64,000 bases of DNA, taken from positions 148,125 to 212,124 of the forward strand of contig JACPIK010000002.1 in assembly GCA_016188115.1 (NCBI GenBank), in the 5' to 3' direction. Origin of the DNA: Candidatus Woesearchaeota archaeon (lineage in GTDB: Archaea; Nanobdellota; Nanobdellia; Woesearchaeales; GW2011-AR9). Positions within the stretch are counted from its first letter, which is position 1; each line of letters begins with the position of its first letter. Under the pieces are notes generated by a model that saw only the letters and a program-made list of their open reading frames with translations, was not told where the DNA came from and did not search any database. This document shows positions 38,004 to 47,908 of the stretch, one piece after another. The position numbers and the translations under genes were made by a program.

Positions 38004-38774
38004 TTACATTCCATTATTCACAGCTTTGATAAACGCATACATATACGTTGCCAACTCAATCATTCTAAAGTTAAGAGTATACGCTTTATCCACACTTTCC
38101 TGAATCTGCAAAATATTATTTGTGATGGCATTATGACGGGCCATATGTTCTGCAGGAATTCTTCTCTTCAACTCACTAAAATCAATTTTTTTGAGTTCCT
38201 CTTCAAGCGTGTAGTGAAAGAAGTATCCTCGTTGAATACTTTCCAGAAGTCCTTGTAACATCGTTACTTGTCCTTCATGAATAATATCGTTAGAACGAAA
38301 ACTAAAATCAGAATTACGCAACAATTTTGCAAATAATGAATTCACTTTAGCATTAGCAGCCATTTTCTCTTCTTGAGTACGCAACCGTGGCAATGAATTC
38401 AAAACAGCAGTAAACTCTTTGACAAACTCATCATGACCTTGAGCTAACTCCCATGAAAATGCAAGATTTGCAACCAGTGGTGTAGGAACACTACGCATTG
38501 ATACTACTGTACGCTGTAAGTTAATTGGTTCAAACGTTTCATCATTGAGTGCTAGAACCCCTTCAACCATCTGTGCCGTAGGTTCACATAGGGGGATTCC
38601 TTTTTCAATTACAGCAAGTTCTGCATCTTGAACACGAAAGCGCGCAAAGTAATCTGACATTGCCTGTTCATTAAACGGAAAACGAAATTTCTGTTTAATA
38701 TCACGCACAATATCAATGCTCTCATTCTCAACAGTTCGTCGTCCTAAATCGCCGAGTTTATGTGTGTACAACAT
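38004..38774 (-). CDS. hypothetical protein
   Basis: 256-aa ORF, no motif recognised. Confidence 0.5.
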   Translation of the reverse strand: MLYTHKLGDLGRRTVENESIDIVRDIKQKFRFPFNEQAMSDYFARFRVQDAELAVIEKGIPLCEPTAQMVEGVLALNDETFEPINLQRTVVSMRSVPTPLVANLAFSWELAQGHDEFVKEFTAVLNSLPRLRTQEEKMAANAKVNSLFAKLLRNSDFSFRSNDIIHEGQVTMLQGLLESIQRGYFFHYTLEEELKKIDFSELKRRIPAEHMARHNAITNNILQIQESVDKAYTLNFRMIELATYMYAFIKAVNNGM

Positions 38775-38788
38775 TGTATGATACCTAT

Positions 38789-39340
38789 TTATTTAGCTGG
38801 TTTTGCAACTTCTAATTTATCACTTTTGCCACAATAAGGACAACTAAGTCGATGCAACACGCCCACTTTTTCTTTATCTACTTTAAAATTAAAATTACAT
38901 CGAGCGCAAAATAAATTTTTATGAGTAGCTGTTGAAACTAAGTCTGCAGCGCTACTCATAGACTTCAGCGGTACAGGCAATGTACGAGTTGAATAAACAT
39001 TACGTACAGGAACGTGAGGCTCTTTTGCTAACTCAACCATTCGTTGAGGAATTCCTGGCGGAAGTCTTGGTTTGTCTTTATTTGCTAAGTCGCTTGGACG
39101 AAATGGTTCTACTTGCGCTCGTTGCGCATAGACATTACGCACAGGTTCTTTTTTCTCTGGTACAGCACTTGACATTCCTCGACCACCTTGCGACATATTC
39201 ATATTACGTAAAACATCACAGCAATTTTCACAGACTAACCAATTGTGATCTGCACTTCTAGGAAATAGTTTAACGCGATTAAGAGGCACTTGTGCCTTGC
39301 ATCGCTCACATGTTCGTGTTTTAAGAACTTCCATTGTCAT
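38789..39340 (-). CDS. double zinc-ribbon protein
   Basis: CERCKAQ...CENCC at the N-terminus and CARCNF...CPYCGK at the C-terminus. Confidence 0.5.
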   Translation of the reverse strand: MTMEVLKTRTCERCKAQVPLNRVKLFPRSADHNWLVCENCCDVLRNMNMSQGGRGMSSAVPEKKEPVRNVYAQRAQVEPFRPSDLANKDKPRLPPGIPQRMVELAKEPHVPVRNVYSTRTLPVPLKSMSSAADLVSTATHKNLFCARCNFNFKVDKEKVGVLHRLSCPYCGKSDKLEVAKPAK

Positions 39341-39556
39341 CCCCTCTTTTGAATTTGAAATATCTACCTAATGTCATCTTCGCAGTTGAAGCTATTTAAA
39401 TAGTTTTCTTCTGTGCAATGGATGGATCTTGCTCTTAGATATTGGAGTAGTTAGATTGATCCCCTCTTTTATCATCACTAAAGAAAAACACAAAAAATAA
39501 AACAACAATCAAAAATTAATGTATCTAATTATGTAGAGTAGTAAAACGTTGCGAGT

Positions 39557-39739
39557 TTATCCAAGATTAGCGATAATATCAGGAGTTTTGTTACTGATAT
39601 ACTGCAAAATCTCGGCTTCACTTGCTGAAGGGTTACGCTGTTTATACTCAAGAGCTTTAGAAGCTCCTGCAATAAGAGCAAGCTTAACTTTATCAACACC
39701 TAATTGAACGCTACCACCAGTTTTTTGTCCGAATGCCAT
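39557..39739 (-). CDS. small hypothetical protein (60 aa)
   Basis: ORF only. Confidence 0.4.
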   Translation of the reverse strand: MAFGQKTGGSVQLGVDKVKLALIAGASKALEYKQRNPSASEAEILQYISNKTPDIIANLG

Positions 39740-39850
39740 GAAATTTTACACTCATAACTCCTATTTAAACTTTTCCGGTCTGCGCTAGATACGCTTTTTG
39801 AGGCAGTATTTTTTAAGAAAGTCTATAAACAGTATCTCCCTAACAGCTCT

Positions 39851-40894
39851 ATGGCTCAGTTACTATCATTCAAAGTCATTACCTTGCTTTGTCTCTTATT
39901 TTTGCTCATAGGCTGTTCCTCCAAACCAACAACTCTTTCCTGCCAATCGGGCTATCATCTTGAAGGCAAGTCCTGTGTCCCATCTTCAACCTGTGGTGAC
40001 TTTACCTGTGATCCTTCAGAAATCTGCGATCTTGATTGCCCTTCACAATGTACTTCCTCTTGGTGTACTTCCAAAGTAAACATCATTTGTACCCAACCTG
40101 ACTGCGGTCCACAAGAAAAACTCTTTGACGATTATGCCCAACTACAAACAAAAGTCATTGAGTGTCTTGAAACTTATTTTCAATTCGAACTTCCTACCAT
40201 CACGTACACATTCAATGGTGGCACAAGCAGCCAATCATGTACTCAACCCGAAGGATGTTGCTGTACTGAAGGCGGGTTAACTGGTGGCACTAGGGTCAAT
40301 CATGGATCACTTAACGGTTTCAAGCAAAAAGGAACCACGCAACCAACACAACCAAATCAACTTCTTGCCGACGAACATGAAACGACTCACGCTTTCCTCA
40401 ATGCAATGATTCATCAACATCCCTCTTGGTTTAGTGAAGCAATTGCCATTCAAACGAATGAACGAGTCAGTTGTGATACCACAGCACTCACACCTAACAC
40501 GCCAACCTACAATTACTCCTTGCAAGGCGATGCCCACTTGCGTGAAACACAGGTAGATGCTCGTGGCGGCGGCGTTATTCTTCATGATGGAAAACCTCTC
40601 AATGAAGAGTGGTACCAACGATTAAAAACAGGACAAATTCAACTCACTCAACGAGAACAAGACTCTCACGTACTTGGCGCATTATGGATAATTGGTCTCA
40701 AACAAGATTATAACTGCAAAGAACAATGTATTACTAAAATTGTTCAAACTCTTCATCAGCAAGAAAAACAGCGTTGCCAGCAAGGACTTTGTAGCGTTCC
40801 ACACACTATTACTACCACTGAAATTTTTGATACCACCAATAATATAACTCAAAAAGACACACGCCCTCTCTTCAAACTTTTAAATCTAATCTAA
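39851..40894 (+). CDS. Cys-rich secreted lipoprotein with an HExxH motif (putative zinc metallopeptidase)
   Basis: Signal peptide plus lipobox-like LLIGCSS, more than 20 Cys, and ADEHETTHAF (HExxH). Confidence 0.55.
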   Translation: MAQLLSFKVITLLCLLFLLIGCSSKPTTLSCQSGYHLEGKSCVPSSTCGDFTCDPSEICDLDCPSQCTSSWCTSKVNIICTQPDCGPQEKLFDDYAQLQTKVIECLETYFQFELPTITYTFNGGTSSQSCTQPEGCCCTEGGLTGGTRVNHGSLNGFKQKGTTQPTQPNQLLADEHETTHAFLNAMIHQHPSWFSEAIAIQTNERVSCDTTALTPNTPTYNYSLQGDAHLRETQVDARGGGVILHDGKPLNEEWYQRLKTGQIQLTQREQDSHVLGALWIIGLKQDYNCKEQCITKIVQTLHQQEKQRCQQGLCSVPHTITTTEIFDTTNNITQKDTRPLFKLLNLI

Positions 40895-40943
40895 CTCATT
40901 CTTAGCCACAATCTTTATAACCTGTTTTTATTTTTACAGCACC

Positions 40944-41876
40944 ATGGAAATTCTCTCCATGATTCTCATTGTCGTTGGGCTTTGTCTCTTTGAAACTATT
41001 AGTTCTATCGATAATGCGATCATTAATGCAGAAGTTCTCTCTACCATGTCGCAAAAAGCGCGACGTTGGTTTCTTCTTTGGGGAATTTTATTTGCTGTTT
41101 TCCTTGTTCGTGGGCTTCTCCCATGGTTGATTATTTGGGCATCAACTCCTCAATTAGGATTTATGGGTTCATTAACAGCGACATTTAGCTCTGACCCCGC
41201 CGTTATCGAAGCTATTGAACGATCAGCGCCAATTCTGCTTGCAGGTGGTGGAGTTTTTCTGATTTTTCTCTTCTTTCATTGGCTCTTTCTGGAACCTAAG
41301 CAGTTTGGTCTTCATCACGAAAAGTTTTTCCTGCGACAAGGAATTTGGTTTTATGCAGTCGTCTCAATTTTACTTGCATTTATCGTCTGGAAAGGAATAA
41401 AACATAACCCCCTTATGGCTTTTGGTGCAGTCATAGGTTCGACGGCATTTTTTATTACTCATGGATTTAAACAAAATGCCGAAAAAGCAGAAGAACAAAT
41501 GTTACATCACAATAACAGTATGTCCGATTGGAGTAAAATTCTCTATCTTGAAGTCATTGACATGACGTTCTCTATCGATGGTGTGCTTGGTGCCTTTGCT
41601 TTTACACTATCCGTTCCATTAATTCTAATCGGAAATGGGTTGGGGGCAATCGTTGTACGTCAACTTACTTTAGGTAACATCGATCGAATCAAAAAATACA
41701 AATATCTCAAAAACGGCGCAATGTATTCTATTCTCGTCTTAGGAATGGTCATGACACTGCATGCATTTGGTGTTCACATCCCTGAATGGATTTCACCTGT
41801 TGCAACCATTGGTGTTGTCGGCTTCTTCTTTTGGAAGTCGAAGCGTGCTTTAGCTTTGGAAGAACAGCGAGCCTAA
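40944..41876 (+). CDS. integral membrane protein, DUF475/TerC-like
   Basis: ETISSIDNAIINAEVL N-terminal motif, repeated as EVIDMTFSIDGVLGAFA. Multiple TM helices. Confidence 0.75.
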   Translation: MEILSMILIVVGLCLFETISSIDNAIINAEVLSTMSQKARRWFLLWGILFAVFLVRGLLPWLIIWASTPQLGFMGSLTATFSSDPAVIEAIERSAPILLAGGGVFLIFLFFHWLFLEPKQFGLHHEKFFLRQGIWFYAVVSILLAFIVWKGIKHNPLMAFGAVIGSTAFFITHGFKQNAEKAEEQMLHHNNSMSDWSKILYLEVIDMTFSIDGVLGAFAFTLSVPLILIGNGLGAIVVRQLTLGNIDRIKKYKYLKNGAMYSILVLGMVMTLHAFGVHIPEWISPVATIGVVGFFFWKSKRALALEEQRA

Positions 41877-41909
41877 ACACATTTAAACCTCTTCATTTAT
41901 CTTTCTAGT

Positions 41910-42506
41910 ATGCATTCCTCTTCTCCCTTTCCCTCTTCTCCTTCTTCTCCATCTTCTTCATATTTTGGCATCACTGGCAAGTATGGCGTAGGTAAAGATA
42001 CAGTAGCTCAAATTCTGCAAGAAAATGGCTTTATCCATCTCTCACTTTCTGATGCATTACGTGATCATCTTAAATCCAGAAACATTCCTATCACCCGCGA
42101 TAGTATGATCCAATACGGAGACGAGTTACGCGCAAAAGAGGGTTCAGATATTCTCGCTAAAACCGTCATGAAACAACTTCAACCAAACCAGAATTATGTT
42201 TTTAGTTCCATTCGTTCTTTGGGAGAACTTCAACACCTCCAAACCTTGTCTAACTTCATTTTAATTGAAGTCACTGCACCAATAACTATTCGTCTGTATC
42301 GTCTTCAACAACGAAATCGTCCGGGAGACCCACAAACCCTTCCCAAACTTCTAATCAAAGAACAACAAGAACAAACTAATGATCCTGCTGGCATGCAACT
42401 TAATGACGTCATCTCACAAGCTCAGTATCAGATCGCTAACGACAGCACAGTTGAAGAGTTGAGAAAAAGAATAAAAGAGATGTTAGAAAAAGTATCAAAA
42501 AAATAA
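41910..42506 (+). CDS. P-loop nucleotide kinase-like protein (GKDT-type Walker A)
   Basis: GITGKYGVGKDTVAQIL. S/P-rich N-terminal tail. Confidence 0.6.
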   Translation: MHSSSPFPSSPSSPSSSYFGITGKYGVGKDTVAQILQENGFIHLSLSDALRDHLKSRNIPITRDSMIQYGDELRAKEGSDILAKTVMKQLQPNQNYVFSSIRSLGELQHLQTLSNFILIEVTAPITIRLYRLQQRNRPGDPQTLPKLLIKEQQEQTNDPAGMQLNDVISQAQYQIANDSTVEELRKRIKEMLEKVSKK

Positions 42507-42511
42507 AAGAT

Positions 42512-42847
42512 TTATTGTTGACTTTTTTTAGCGTAGAGGCGAGCAGTAAAATTTGTAGCTAACCCGGGGGTGCTACACACTAATGCTAATTCATATCTTC
42601 CAAAACCTGCTTCTCTTAATGCAGCATCTCCCTCACTTTGATACCTACTAATAGGTGCATCTTGTCCTAGTGTTGCACAAGAATCAGATGCCAACTCAAT
42701 ATATCGATTTGAGGCTCTTACAGCTCCTTCGGGAGTTCCAGGTTCAATTCTTATGGATTGAGAAAAGTTAGGGCGAATTCCGTTAGTGTCCATACATCCC
42801 GTCATGGCAAGTAATCCAACAAGTCCAAGTGTTTGTTTCATAGTCAT
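42512..42847 (-). CDS. small lipoprotein
   Basis: LVGLLAMTGCMD lipobox. SD GGTGAT lies 4 nt upstream of the ATG at 42847. Confidence 0.55.
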   Translation of the reverse strand: MTMKQTLGLVGLLAMTGCMDTNGIRPNFSQSIRIEPGTPEGAVRASNRYIELASDSCATLGQDAPISRYQSEGDAALREAGFGRYELALVCSTPGLATNFTARLYAKKSQQ

Positions 42848-42927
42848 AGTAATCACCTTTTTGGTATCTTCTAAAAATAGTCCCTACTATTTAAATCTTT
42901 CTAGAAATTATCACTGGACAGTGACAA

Positions 42928-44754
42928 TTATTTGTGTCCTCTCTCCAAAATTACTTTCAACTCTCGCGCAATCACTTGCCCAGACGCTTTCCCTGCTAAT
43001 GCTTTCATGCACAATCCCATTAATGCGCCTTGCGGGGCGCCTTTGTTCTTCTCAATAACTGAAATAATCACTCGATGTAATTCTTCGGTAGACAATCCTT
43101 CATACTTCTTCAAGTCAAAGACTCCTTTGATCATATCCAATAATACGTCAATAATAATATCTTTATGGATTAAATCTTGTGACAAGTACAAGAATACCTT
43201 ACGCCATTGTTCATCAGTTACTTTTTCAGGCTCTTCATTATGTACACGTTTGATCTCTAAAACAGTAGAAGTTAGTGTATCTGCAATAAATGCTGGTTTA
43301 ATTTGAGCATACTTAGATACTGTCTCTTCAAAAAGCATTACTTTATCCCCTTTCGCAATATGTTCAGCAAGATCTCTCGCCATGCCATATTCTTTTTGAT
43401 ATCGTTCAATTTTTGCATCAAGTAATTCGGGCAATTCAACTTCTCGACCTTTCAATACGACTAGTGGTACATCAGTTTCCGGATACATTCGGGCAGCTCC
43501 TGAAATAGGTCGCATATAGGAGGTAGTTCCATCATCATTAGCTTTACGTACTTCTTTAGGAATACCTTTCCACAGTTCACCAACACGTTCATGTACAGCC
43601 ATTAATGCACGTCGTGCTTTTTCTTCTTTATCAGCAACAAGAATAAATGCATCCTGTTCAGCACATTTCAACACGTCACGAACTTTTGCAACATCATCTT
43701 CAGTAATCCCATAGTTGGGCAACTCATCAGAATGAAAAATACCACCGACACCAGCTTTAATCTTAGCTCGCCACGAAAATTCTGTTCCTAATCGATAATT
43801 AGGTTGCAGCTCTCGTCCAATCATTCCCTTGAATCCTTTCAAAATTGTCCCTAAGACTTTTCCTTTAGAACTAACGGATTTCTGAATCATCTTTGAAGGA
43901 GAATCTTTTAACTCAGATGTCAAATCCACAATCACAAGCACATCAAGCTTCTTTCCTTTCAATTCGTTCTTAATTTTCAATAACTCTTCTTGTCGCTTTG
44001 CTTCTAATTCGACAAGTGTGGGTATCATACGCAAATCTTGCGCTCCTTTAATCTCGATTCGTTCGCCACCTTCAATAGAAACATTAACATCTTGGCGAAT
44101 TGTACCCAATCCTCGTTTAATACCGGGTAGAGAACGTAAGATCATACCAATCTTTTTCGCTGCTTCTTGACATTGTTGCGGACTTTTAATATCGGGTTCT
44201 GTTCCAATTTCAATAAGAGGAACTCCCAACCGATCCATGCGATACACTCGACCATTCTCTGTATCTACAATATTTTTACAAGAATCTTCCTCAATAGTAA
44301 TATTACTTACACGAACATTTCCTTCTGATGTTTCAATATTGCCATGACGTCCAAGTAACACTGTTCGTTGAAAACCAGAAGTATTGGAACCATCAACCAC
44401 GGTCTTACGCATGACTTGCACAACTGCTGGCACCTGCGCGCCGACAGCGTGAGAAAATTGTAATCCAGTATAAAGCGCATTAGTACTTATCTCTTTAGGC
44501 GGTTGCGCATCAAGCTCAACTAAACACGTAGTATCTTTATATCCCTCATAGACAAACATACGATTGCGTTGTTGTTCTGCCGCTGCCGCTGCATCAACAA
44601 CACCGGATTCTCCAGCAGATGCACGCAACTTACGGCGTACACTAAAATGAGGTGCATCATCTCGTAATAACGTAGGACATGAGCAAAATAACTTTGTACC
44701 CTCTAACTGCTGATGAATCTCTAATCCACACTTCAACCCTAACTTTTTATGCAT
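42928..44754 (-). CDS. gatE: Glu-tRNA(Gln) amidotransferase subunit E
   Basis: GLKCGLEIHQQL..TKLFCSCP N-terminus and GatB/E-type core. Length is 608 aa. This subunit is specific to archaea. Confidence 0.93.
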   Translation of the reverse strand: MHKKLGLKCGLEIHQQLEGTKLFCSCPTLLRDDAPHFSVRRKLRASAGESGVVDAAAAAEQQRNRMFVYEGYKDTTCLVELDAQPPKEISTNALYTGLQFSHAVGAQVPAVVQVMRKTVVDGSNTSGFQRTVLLGRHGNIETSEGNVRVSNITIEEDSCKNIVDTENGRVYRMDRLGVPLIEIGTEPDIKSPQQCQEAAKKIGMILRSLPGIKRGLGTIRQDVNVSIEGGERIEIKGAQDLRMIPTLVELEAKRQEELLKIKNELKGKKLDVLVIVDLTSELKDSPSKMIQKSVSSKGKVLGTILKGFKGMIGRELQPNYRLGTEFSWRAKIKAGVGGIFHSDELPNYGITEDDVAKVRDVLKCAEQDAFILVADKEEKARRALMAVHERVGELWKGIPKEVRKANDDGTTSYMRPISGAARMYPETDVPLVVLKGREVELPELLDAKIERYQKEYGMARDLAEHIAKGDKVMLFEETVSKYAQIKPAFIADTLTSTVLEIKRVHNEEPEKVTDEQWRKVFLYLSQDLIHKDIIIDVLLDMIKGVFDLKKYEGLSTEELHRVIISVIEKNKGAPQGALMGLCMKALAGKASGQVIARELKVILERGHK

Positions 44755-44787
44755 ATAGGCAGGGCAGAGAAAGAGCTTTAAAAATCT

Positions 44788-45270
44788 TTAGGGACGTTTC
44801 CTCTTCCACCAAATCCATCCTAGCAGTGTCAAAATCACAACCCAGTTCAAAATCCAGAACCATGGCGTTGCCCAACTCATTCCGGGGAATACATAATCAC
44901 TTAGTGGCCACAAAAAAGGCGTAGGAAGAAAATCTTGGGCATGCGTGGGAATATCAATAACGATATGTAAAGGCCAACCCAATATGAAATACGGTAGCTG
45001 TTTCTTTAGTTTATAGAAAATAAAGAATGTTATCACAATGATACCTAGACAAAGCAACAAACTATGACTGATTCCATACAGAATATGTACCCAATCAGGT
45101 ATCATCATTAAGTCAGGCTTTCCAGCGAGGGGTTGTGTAAACAATCGGTAGATAAAGTAAGGCAACCAAGAGATAGTATCCGGAAACATTCCGAAAAACA
45201 CTGCCCACCAAACCCTCCTTGACTTGTGAAAAAGAATGTATGCCCAAGCTCCATGTGCTAAATAGTCCAT
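44788..45270 (-). CDS. integral membrane protein (possibly a membrane-bound metal-dependent hydrolase family)
   Basis: 160 aa, His-rich helix ends, W-rich. Weak family assignment. Confidence 0.5.
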   Translation of the reverse strand: MDYLAHGAWAYILFHKSRRVWWAVFFGMFPDTISWLPYFIYRLFTQPLAGKPDLMMIPDWVHILYGISHSLLLCLGIIVITFFIFYKLKKQLPYFILGWPLHIVIDIPTHAQDFLPTPFLWPLSDYVFPGMSWATPWFWILNWVVILTLLGWIWWKRKRP

Positions 45271-45352
45271 GTTGTCTCATTTATTCGTATCTTTTATTGA
45301 TTTTGGATAAAGTAGTGTAAAAACTTATAAACCTCTCCATTAAAAATGGATT

Positions 45353-45694
45353 ATGCAAGCAAGTGATTTAACAGTGCAACATATTGAGGCGATTCTAAGT
45401 TTATATGTACAATATGCAGGTAGAGCAAGCTTAGATTTTATAGATGCAGAGTCTGTTCTAGCTGATATTCAAAGTGGTAATAGAATTAAAACACAAGAAG
45501 GGTATCGAATAGGTTCACAGTGGACAGGACATTCCAAGCTTGCTTTTCGAGTAAATCAAACCGGAGACATAATCCCTGATTTTAATCCTAATCTTCAAGC
45601 ACATGAACGAGGAACAGAAAGGTATCAGGCTGCAGAAAGGGCTTCTCAAGAGTTTCAAACAGCCGCGTTAGAATATCTAATAGGTGTGAAGTAA
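45353..45694 (+). CDS. hypothetical protein
   Basis: 113-aa ORF, no motif recognised. Confidence 0.45.
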   Translation: MQASDLTVQHIEAILSLYVQYAGRASLDFIDAESVLADIQSGNRIKTQEGYRIGSQWTGHSKLAFRVNQTGDIIPDFNPNLQAHERGTERYQAAERASQEFQTAALEYLIGVK

Positions 45695-45767
45695 TCCATA
45701 TCTTTCTAGAAATATTCCCTCATTTTCTACATTCATTACCAATTTAGAATATCAACAATTTACAACA

Positions 45768-46994
45768 CTACCTTCTAAAATTGGGTTTTCCCTGTCGAGG
45801 CTTACCGCTTCTTGGTCGTCCAGCTTTATTTTTGGGTAGTGGCTTGGCAGCTGCGCCAACCGCATTCTGTGCGCGATCCGAATGGTACTTTTGCTGCATT
45901 ACTTCAATTTTTAATTTGATTAACTTTTCAATATCACGAAGTAGGTCTCTTTCCTCTGCTGAACAGAAAGAATATGCTTCTCCCTCGGTTCCTGCGCGTG
46001 CTGTTCTGCCAATGCGGTGAACATAACTCTCAGGTACGTTGGGAAGTTCAAAGTTAATAACATGGCTGATATTATCAATATCAATACCGCGTGCGGCAAT
46101 ATCTGTTGCCACTAATACGTTTGTTCTTCCTGACTTAAAATTTGCCAATGCTTGTGTTCGTGCGCCTTGTGATTTATTGCCGTGGATTGCATCTGCTTTG
46201 ATATTATGATTATTAAGAAATGCTGCGACTTTATTTGCACGATGTTTAGTAAGAGTAAATACTAAGACACGTGTAAGATGCTTTTGTAATAAGAGCTCTA
46301 AAAGCAGGCTTTCTTTCGTTGCTGAATCCACAAAACAGACAGATTGTTTGATCCGTTCAACCGTCGTTGCTTGCGGGGTAACTTCAACACGAATAGGATT
46401 ATGGAGCATTTGATTCGCCAGTGAGCTTACTTGCGGGGACATCGTTGCTGAAAAGAAAAGTGATTGCCGTTTTTGGGGCAGTTTTACAATGATTTTTTTG
46501 ATATCATTGATGAACCCCATATCGAGCATACGATCAGCTTCATCTAACACAAAGAACTCAATGTTTTTGAGATTCACTCTGCCTTGATTCATTAAATCGA
46601 GTAATCGTCCAGGTGTTGCAACAATAATGTCCACACCATTCGCGACGGCATTAACTTGCACTTGTTGACCGACACCACCAAAAATGACCGTGTGTTTAAA
46701 TTTGAGAAACTTACCATAAGCAGCAAAGCTCTCGCCAATTTGTGCCGCAAGCTCTCGTGTCGGTGCAAGTACCAATGTACGAACGACGCGGGGATACCTT
46801 TCGGTCATCCGTTGTAGAATCGGAAGAACAAATGCTGCCGTTTTACCTGTTCCAGTCTGCGCAATTCCAATTAGATCTTTTCCTTCGAGCAGATCGGGAA
46901 TTGCTTTTAGTTGGATCGGCGTTGGTGTAGTATATCCTTGTTGTTCAAGCGCAATTTGGAGCGGTTCAATGAGTTTAAGCTGTTGAAATGTCAT
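45768..46994 (-). CDS. DEAD-box ATP-dependent RNA helicase
   Basis: Q-motif, AQTGTGKTAAF, PTRELA, DEAD, SAT, HRIGRTARAG, and a basic C-terminal tail. Confidence 0.95.
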   Translation of the reverse strand: MTFQQLKLIEPLQIALEQQGYTTPTPIQLKAIPDLLEGKDLIGIAQTGTGKTAAFVLPILQRMTERYPRVVRTLVLAPTRELAAQIGESFAAYGKFLKFKHTVIFGGVGQQVQVNAVANGVDIIVATPGRLLDLMNQGRVNLKNIEFFVLDEADRMLDMGFINDIKKIIVKLPQKRQSLFFSATMSPQVSSLANQMLHNPIRVEVTPQATTVERIKQSVCFVDSATKESLLLELLLQKHLTRVLVFTLTKHRANKVAAFLNNHNIKADAIHGNKSQGARTQALANFKSGRTNVLVATDIAARGIDIDNISHVINFELPNVPESYVHRIGRTARAGTEGEAYSFCSAEERDLLRDIEKLIKLKIEVMQQKYHSDRAQNAVGAAAKPLPKNKAGRPRSGKPRQGKPNFRR

Positions 46995-47106
46995 GGTATT
47001 GTATAATCATGCGATAAAACCTGTTTTGATTATTAAATGCACTGTATTTCTAGATTAGTATTGGTCTAACGAAAGGTTTAAAAATGAAGATTATATATAA
47101 GTTATA

Positions 47107-47124
47107 GATACGCGCGAACGTACC
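47107..47124. repeat. 18-bp perfect direct repeat, distal copy
   Basis: GATACGCGCGAACGTACC is identical to 47947-47964. Confidence 0.9.
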
Positions 47125-47133
47125 TTCTATTTT

Positions 47134-47898
47134 TTATTTTTTTAACTCTTTAAAGTTAGGTTCTTTAGCAAAAATAGAGTTCACTTCATTGATCATTTTT
47201 TTGAATTCTTCTAAATCGGTTTTAATCTTTCCTGCCCATTTGTCAAAATCGAAACCGACCATCCTTTCAAAGAAAATGTTAAGGTTCATCTTATCTTTCT
47301 CATCGGAATCTGTTTCTGTCTGAAAGTTATTTTTCGATGCAATTTGAGTTACTTTCATAAATAAATTTGGGTCGATTTTTTGGGAGTTACCATCAATAAC
47401 ATTCCCGGAGCAAACTTTTATTTTTAGTGTGGTTCCTCCCTCAGTGATCAATTCAACTCTAAATTGATTTAGTGAATAAGACACTTTTTCTTTATCTTCA
47501 TATTTGGGATAATCCAATTGGTAAATTACCATGCTCTTAAAATGGTCTGATAATGAACGCATGAATGGTAAATCTTTTTGAGATTCATCGTCTTCAATTG
47601 CAGACATAGCCATAACTTTTTTAACTTTAATCTTATCAAAGATATTTTTATTAATCTTATATAACTCATTATTAATATGGGAGAAAATCAACTCACTAAA
47701 TGTTCGTTCAATAGCTTCTTTAATAATTGCAGACTTTGATTCTTTCCTTGTTTTCTCAAGTGTGGTGATTTTTTTATATGACTCACTATCTACTCTGAAA
47801 GAAATCGGTTTTGTAGATTCTTTACTTACCGCGATTGATGAATAAATCTCGCTTGGACTAGTTTCTGTTTTTGTTACTATTTGTTTCGTTTTGGTCAT
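47134..47898 (-). CDS. Lys-rich hypothetical protein with N-terminal ribbon-helix-helix-like segment
   Basis: KPISFRVDSESYKKITTLEKTRKESKSAIIKEAIERTF fits a beta-alpha-alpha RHH pattern. The rest is unassigned. Confidence 0.55.
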   Translation of the reverse strand: MTKTKQIVTKTETSPSEIYSSIAVSKESTKPISFRVDSESYKKITTLEKTRKESKSAIIKEAIERTFSELIFSHINNELYKINKNIFDKIKVKKVMAMSAIEDDESQKDLPFMRSLSDHFKSMVIYQLDYPKYEDKEKVSYSLNQFRVELITEGGTTLKIKVCSGNVIDGNSQKIDPNLFMKVTQIASKNNFQTETDSDEKDKMNLNIFFERMVGFDFDKWAGKIKTDLEEFKKMINEVNSIFAKEPNFKELKK

Positions 47899-47908
47899 TT
47901 TAAAAAGG

